Shown piece by piece: positions 54,346-64,000 of a DNA stretch of 64,000 nucleotides. How positions within the stretch are numbered: the first letter of the stretch is position 1; each line of letters opens with the position of its first letter. Both the position numbers and the translations under genes were made by a program. Below the pieces are notes generated by a model. That model worked only from the letters and a program-made list of their open reading frames with translations. It was not told where the DNA came from and made no database searches. Source of the stretch: the human T2T-CHM13v2.0 reference genome, Homo sapiens; NCBI RefSeq assembly GCF_009914755.1, contig NC_060925.1. One strand, written 5' to 3'.

Positions 54346-54736
54346 CACTGTAACTTTTTAATGTGGCTACTAGGAAGTTTTAAATTGCATATGTGGTTCT
54401 CATTATATTTCTATTAGCACCGCTTTAGAATATTATTTTGAATAACATCCAAATTTCAGTATCAGCCAAATGATTATCAACCAATATTGTTCAGTCTGGA
54501 CTTAGTTCTATTTGACTAAATCAACTAAGTAGCCACTGGTTTGTTAATAATTTCTAGAGTGATATGAAACAAAATAAAGCTCTGAACTAGAAGTTGTAGA
54601 AGAAGACAAGGAGGGCACTGCCAAAATCATAAAATACAATCCTCTTTCTTTAAAAAGCTTACAACCGAAGCCTGGAAAGACAGAGTTGAAACACAACAGG
54701 TTATGTTCAAGGTCAAAACATAAAACGACTGAATTA

Positions 54737-55093
<357 letters not shown>

Positions 55094-55152
55094 TTAACTA
55101 AATAGAAGGACTATATCTCAGTATTTTTCAATACAAATACATTTAAAAGCAG

Positions 55153-55464
55153 TTTTTTTTGTTTGTTTGTTTTTTTGTTTGTTTGTTTTTGAGATGGAGT
55201 CTCGCTATGTCACCCAGGCTGGAGTGCAGTGGCACAATCTCAGCTCACTGCAAGCTCTGTCTTCACGGCATTCTCCTGCCTCAGCCTCCCGAGTAGCTGG
55301 GACTACAGGCGCCTGCCACCATGCCCAGCTAATTTTTTGTATTTTTAGTAGAGATGGGGCTTCACCATGTTAGCCAGGATGGTCTCGATCTCCAGACCTC
55401 ACGATCCACCCACCTCGGCCTCCCGAAGTGCTGGGATTACAGGCATGAGCCACCGTGCCCAGCC
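55153..55464 (-). mobile_element. AluY-like with TSD TAAAAGCAGTTTT
   Basis: Reverse dimeric Alu. Confidence 0.93.
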
Positions 55465-56619
55465 TAAAAGCAGTTTTAATGGATAGTACTAATGCTTTAT
55501 AAGAGCAATTTATATTCATATGAACCCTAATGACTACAAGTGTTAATAATGCCAATATTCATCATTAGGGAGTAAGTAAAGCCATGACAAATCCAAACAT
55601 TAGAAAATTACGCAACATTTTAAAAGTAGGGAGGTAGAAACTTGTATAGACTGCCATGAAAGAAATTATCAAAAGACGTTGTTGATGAAAAAATAAATTG
55701 CAGAACAGTATTTGAGGTATAGCACTATAATATAAAAACATGCAAAGTCATTATATGTAGTCTATGGGCACATACAATAGGTTGAATCATAAGAAATTGC
55801 TGCTTTTCATCAGTTCAGAAATAATATTGGCAATTTCATATGGATCAACCTAATATATAAATATACCAAACTGGTAACAGGGAAATAAGGAGGACTTGAG
55901 GAGTTAGTAATGGTAAATTCTGATCTACCTATAACGCTTTAATTTTTTTAATAGAGAAAATGTATTGATGTGTTGTATGCATAGCATTAACAAAATTAGC
56001 TTTCTAAGATTTTAGAGAATCATCCAAGATGATTCACAAAAGTAGAATCATCATCACCAGTAAGAAACTAAGTGACTACTAAAAGTAATCATTAATTCAG
56101 TCATAGGACTAATGATGCATTGACAAGGTTATTGAGATATATAATTATGGAAATGGCTAAAATAGAGATAAAGTATCTATTTCTACCTCCCAACCACTAA
56201 CAGAAAATTCAACACATTATACACACTGAGCAGCTCAAAGAAATTGTAAAGGTCCATTATTATTTTTAAAAGGAAATTTAACCAGTGGATGCTTTCACTG
56301 AAAATGATAAACAATATATTCCCAGTATAAACCAGAAACAAAGTCTGCAGTAGAAAACTACAATGTCCCTAGATTCAAGTGGGGGTGGGGAGTCATATTT
56401 AAATAATAAGTGCAGAAAAACCAAAATATTTTAAAATAATTGTCCATGCAAGAAAGAAAACAGTATCCTCTAGCTTGAAGACCCACTGTTTTTATTTTAT
56501 AATTTATTTCATGACCTTTAGACTGCTAGAAAAATAAAACCTAACTTGAGGGCAAAGGTAATCTTTGAGAAAATATGTGCTATTGTTGCCTGCATAGATA
56601 ATAGTGTGATTTATCCAGA

Positions 56620-58212
<1,593 letters not shown>

Positions 58213-59125
58213 AGTGCACAGGTCTACAACCGTGGTGCATCCACAGTTTTATTAATATTCAGCAAGAAAAGGAAGTACACTGTTAACAAGTACAACAGCA
58301 TAGATTAATCTCCAAATAATTGTGCTGAAATAAATCAGTCCAAAAAGCACACAGTTCTGTATGATTCCACTTATATACAACTCTAGAAAATGCAAACTAA
58401 TCTTGGGGACAAGGACGGATGGCAGGGGGAATGCAGAAAATTACAGAGGGACATGAAGAAACGTTGGGAGATGAATATATTCACTATCATGATTGTGGTA
58501 TCGTTTTCAAGGGTGTATATGTATATATCAAAGCTTATGGAATTGTACATGTCAAATATAGCTTATATCAACTATACCTCAATAAGCCTGGTTTTAAAAT
58601 TTTTCTTTTTGAAAAAAGGACAAGAATCTAAGCTTCCTTATTCCTGGTTTAGTAGTAAACTTGAACAATTTCACCTGTCTCCTATACTTAAAATGACATT
58701 TCAGAATTTTAAAAACAGGATTTTAATAAAATAGCGAAGTTATTACATAAAATATTTGCTAGTAGTTAACAAATATATTTGTAATACACATATAAATAAA
58801 GCCTCGTAACATGATAGTAAGCAAATATCAATCTTAAAATTTTTTAAATAAAAGAGCAACTATATTACATACTGACTTTTTAGAGAGGGTTGGCATAGAA
58901 AGATAAGGAGTCAAAGAGGAAGGTAAGAAAAGAGAAAGGATGAGAAAGTAAATATACAAGAAAACGTAACCAGAGGCTCAAAAAAAAAAAAAAAAGCAAA
59001 GTAGGACAGTAAAATAAACATTTTGACCTATTTATATGATTTTTAAGTTCAAAATAACTTGCTATGAGATTTTCATCATTAACTGACATTTAGATTAGAG
59101 AAAATATACATGAAGCAAGCCTCAC

Positions 59126-59242
59126 CCCAGGCAATACAACAGCTCCGATTCCACTTTTCAGCTTTGACCTGCCTCGGCCACCTCGCCCCGACAGTCCTGC
59201 ACCTCGAGGTCTCCGCTTTCCTGGAAATCCAGACCCATGGCC
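59126..59242 (-). pseudogene. KMT2CP: KMT2C-like exon 16 (117 nt)
   Basis: GHGSGFPGKRRPRGAGLSGRGGRGRSKLKSGIGAVVLPG; AG/GT intact. Confidence 0.94.
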
Positions 59243-60007
59243 CTATGTAACAGATTAGGAAAAGTCAACATTCTGTGACAGCCCAAAATAATTTTTAAAT
59301 CCAAATGCCACTGAGATAAAACATTTTATTAAATGTTATACAAACACTTCTTTAGATAAGTATTAAGAGACCTGGCTTATTATTTTTATCTTTAAAAGTA
59401 TATTCCACAACTTAAAATTCTAAATATAAAATGCTTACAACCTTAGAATCATACTTTCGGGCTGTCACTGTGAACGCTATCAGCAAGCCTTTGCATGATT
59501 TTTCTCTTTGCCACTCCTACATTCTCGGTGACGACAACAACTATAGCCTTATCCAGATATTTCGAAGTGCAACAAATTGTATTCAATATAGAGTAAGGAT
59601 AAGGAAGAACTCTCTCATTAACTGGTCTCGCGGTGATTACAGTAATAGCTAACATCTATTGAGTACTTACTATGTACTAATCTAAGTATTTTTTACTCTC
59701 AACAATCCCATATAGTAGGTTTTATTATCCTCGTTTGAGATGAGTGTGCTGAGGAATAAAATGGTTAAGTAACTTGTCCAAGGTCGCTTAGCTAGCAAGC
59801 CTGGCTCCAGCGTCCCTGGGTTGGAAGCATATTCTGTACTGCTACATCAGCATGAAAGTTTATTTTTGCTAGTGTGTAACAGTATTCTTCCTGTCATTAA
59901 AATTAAGTCAGTTTCCTTCACTATTCAACAGTTCTCTTATGAACTCAACATTTCTACCTCATTCACCATTGTATTTAGAGGAAAATTTATTATTATTGTT
60001 ATTACGT

Positions 60008-60163
60008 TTATTTTTGAGACAAGAACTTGATCCGTCACTCAGGTTGGAGTGCAGTGGTGTGATCACAGCTCACTGCAGCCTAGAACTCTTGGGCTCAAGT
60101 GATCCTCCTGCTTCTGCCTCCCAAAGTGCCAGGATTACAGGAGTAAGCCAAAGCGTCCAGCCA
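60008..60163 (-). mobile_element. FLAM / Alu monomer
   Basis: Single reverse arm. Confidence 0.8.
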
Positions 60164-60740
60164 GGAAAAATTATTTGAGGATTACAGGAAAGCTGACAAA
60201 AGGCTTTGTGAAAGCTTTGCTTTAAATAATCTGAATAATAAATACTTGAAATGGAAATAATTTATCTGACTTCTTACACAAGAAATAAACCTATGGGAAA
60301 ATGTGTTAAATTCCCTGATAATTTCAGACATTAAGTACCAGAGTATGGTGTTCCCTGCCCCCTCACCCTTGTTCGTACTAATTAATTACTCCTTGAAAAA
60401 ACCTGGCACCTACCTAAGTAGATGAATTATGTGTATTTAAAATTATCCAGATGCTCAGGAAAATACTTAGGTGTTTCCCTCACCATAAGTTAAATAATAT
60501 GTCATATCTTCAACTGATGTCCCTTATCATAGTTTGAAATAAACTGATTCCCTATTTAGCAGAATGGTTTCCAAGTCAAAAATTTATGATGATACTGTAA
60601 GCATAAAATAGAAACACATGAACAAAAGGAATGGGAGGAATGGCTTTTTTCCCTTTGGATGTAATAAATACAGCCAGCTCCCAGTTTCAAACTGCCACTC
60701 CTGTCTTCTCTTACCCTGCTCTCCTTGAGATCCCTTTTGA

Positions 60741-61104
<364 letters not shown>

Positions 61105-62009
61105 GAGTTTGTTTTGTTATTAAACTGGTATAAAAGATTTTTGAAAAATTAAGTCAGTGATTAAAAATCAAGACTACAGTAATCTCTCAATTTATTTTCT
61201 CAAACATGAAATGCTGACCCAGAAAAAAGGTAAGTAAAAATTGGTGGTCTATATTATCAAACTGTCAAATGAGGTATATTTATACCTCAATATCTTGGAT
61301 GATATCAGGGGGAGGTAGGGAGGTTAAAAAAAAATAGTTCTTCCAGTCATGAAAGAAAATAAAGTATAATCTAGAATTCCTTAAAATCCTTGATTAGTCC
61401 GAATTAAACAGCCATATTCCAGAATATTAAATATAGAATATGAAGAAAAACTGTCATCTCCAGTCAATGAAGTATTTTAACTTTTGAGTTAATACTTTTT
61501 CAAATTAATTTTTTTCTCTTCAAAATGCATCACACTACTTAACTCACTTCAAGGACTGGCACAGCCATCAACCAATGTCATGGGGGAAAAAGCCTTGTCA
61601 TTTTAAGGTATTAAACAGACAATGAAATCTGCCACAATTTTGGTATTTCTTCTCCATAAGAACATAATAAATTAATGGAGTTTTTTCTTTTGCTTTTTTC
61701 TAAGCAACAAAGTTTTATGATATCATGAATGAAAAGGTCCTTAATTACCTTTTGGTCTACATGTCAAGGACTTCTCCCTCATAAAACCGGTAGTAATCAC
61801 AACAAAAGGAATTAACCATAAAAAGAGGTATTAAAAATGTATATTGATTTTTAAATGCAAGCATATTATTTCTTTACATTAAAATTTTTAGATTTAAAAA
61901 GTGTTTCTGGAAGCTCAATCTAGAAAAGAAAGATTTAATTCTTTACACCCAGTAGGGCAAAACAAATCAGACAGAAATGATATATGAATGTAAATGCAAT
62001 TTTATTTAC

Positions 62010-62129
62010 CACTTTGATGCTCCAAATGGCACTGCCAGGAAGCTGCCTGGGTTTAAAAATTTCCCGACCTCCTGAAATGTCTGGGGACCAGGAAGGTGGG
62101 CTCACTGTATTATGGGTACTCCAAGCCTC
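62010..62129 (-). pseudogene. KMT2CP: KMT2C-like exon 15 (120 nt)
   Basis: EAWSTHNTVSPPSWSPDISGGREIFKPRQLPGSAIWSIKV; AG/GT intact. Confidence 0.93.
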
Positions 62130-64000
62130 CTAGGATATGGCAGTTGAGAAAATAGATGTGTAAAACTCAGCAACATAAAAGGTCAAAGCCAGCAACTAAG
62201 GAATTTTAGAACAGCAAAAACAAATGCAAACATATGGAAATTTAGGACAAATTGCTTCAAGGAAGGCAAAATAAGCTAATCACTAACAGTGATTTAAACA
62301 TTTAAGTATAACAAATAACTTAAATGTTTGCTGCTACAGAGACATCACTACAATGAAACATTAAAAATTAAGGTTTATATGACATCAACATTGACTCATG
62401 AACTGCAATTACTGCACCAAAAAGTAAATAAAAGTCAATCACACTTTAAGAATTAACACTAGAAGAAAGTATTGGGGGGTTATTTTTCTTCTAACAACTA
62501 TCACTCTACTTAAAAGGAGAAATGGATAACCATAAGGAATTCTATATTCTATAGCTATAAACAACCAAAACCAGTAGGCCAAAGAATGCAATGAGAAACA
62601 TAAGCAATAGATAAATGCATAAACTTTACACTGTAGAGAGCTGGTAACATTAAAATGCAAATACCATTATAATCTTAGCATTTAATCACTCTTTCTTCAG
62701 TGACCATTAGTTGCCGGTTTGGTTTCGGTTTTTACTCAGGGAAATGAATACTTTATGGAAATTACATCCAATGGACAAAAGTGAAGAAACGTTAAAGCAA
62801 ATTGTCCTAAATTTGCAAATTAAAATGCCTAAAGTACCTGATAAATTATATAGAAAGTAGTATCTTATTAAAATCTATATAACTAAAACTAAAGCATTTT
62901 ACTTCCAAACAACCACATTCAGCAATACCCTGAACTAATCTGAAGATGCTAAACAGCATAAAGAAAAATGTTTACTCCACAAAGATAACATTTTAAAGAA
63001 AAACAAGACAAATGTCAAACAATACAAGGATATATTTTGAATTAGGTAATTCAATGGTGCATGCATAATTTTACCAATCAAGTAACCAAAACTTAAGACA
63101 AGGTACATAGTACTTACCAGGTTTCTAGAATATCATCAAATTAACAAGTACTATCTCATTAATCACATAAAAATACCACCAGGAATTAAAATAACCAGAA
63201 ATAAGAATGTGACTACTCTTGGGGTAAGAGATAGGTAACGGAATAACGGTATTTTGGAAAAGCCACACAAGCAATAGACTGGTTTCATTTTTAAGTCACA
63301 AACTCAACCCACACACATTGAAGTCCAGCAATTCAACTCATTCTCTCCAGCAAACACTTTATTTTTTTCCCCCTCCAGGATTACCCTCAGGTGTTCTTTC
63401 TTACCCATCAAATCTCTAACCTAGCTCAGGTAATCACTATGCTGATTTCACTGAGCAGCAACCACTGCAGGTCAATTACCTCACTTTCATAATTTCAAAT
63501 CAACTTGAATCTGTACCTATGTCTTCTTCCCTACTATTAGTAGGGAAGTGTTGTCAAAAGCCGTTTCTCTTTTCTCATTTTACTCATGCTCCTAACATCT
63601 GGCATACTGTTCTGCTGGATTTGGCAGCAGCCCACCTGTGGATAATTCACTGACTTCCTCGCTAATCTTTCTTCATCTCCTGTACGTGTTCTTCCTCTAT
63701 TTGACTTCCAAAGCCCTGGAGTTTCCCAGGGCTTGAGCCTAGATCCTAAATGGTGTTATCTACAATGAGGGCATCTTGCAAGTTGATGCTTCCCACATTC
63801 TTATTTCTAGTTTTAATCAAAGATCTCCAAATTAGCAGGATTTTCAACTTCCTCCTTAGCATTTCCATTTTCTCACATAAAACCCCTCTTAATTTTGCCA
63901 TGGTTAAAATTTCTCCCTTAACCGGTTTCATCCCAGTCTTCCCCATCCTTATAAATGGCATCCAGTCCCTTGTCACTCTCCTCTGCTCCTTCAGTCCTCT

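Overview
Human (hominid) genomic DNA that is a mosaic of segmental duplications, most like the paralogous pericentromeric blocks at 2p11.1 and 1q21; I cannot tell which copy. There is no intact protein-coding gene. In order: Alu/AT-rich DNA (1-~2195); an LSP1-derived segment with two spliceable exons on the minus strand (~2195-7250); a subtelomeric TAR1 repeat plus a degenerate TTAGGG array, i.e. a fossil chromosome end (7250-8165); an old 3'-truncated L1 (8166-13082); a DRD5-derived duplicon with a 5S rRNA pseudogene, an intronless dopamine D5 receptor pseudogene (31787-33230, minus) and its CpG island; an L1/Alu block; and an unprocessed KMT2C (MLL3) pseudogene with exons ~15-23 (43813-62129, minus). 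The most interesting signal is a candidate chimeric unit: a TAR1 (TERRA-type) promoter fused to a strong splice donor that could splice to open LSP1 exons carrying a strong-Kozak ATG. Exon numbers and parent residue numbers are from memory of the parent genes, not from a search.
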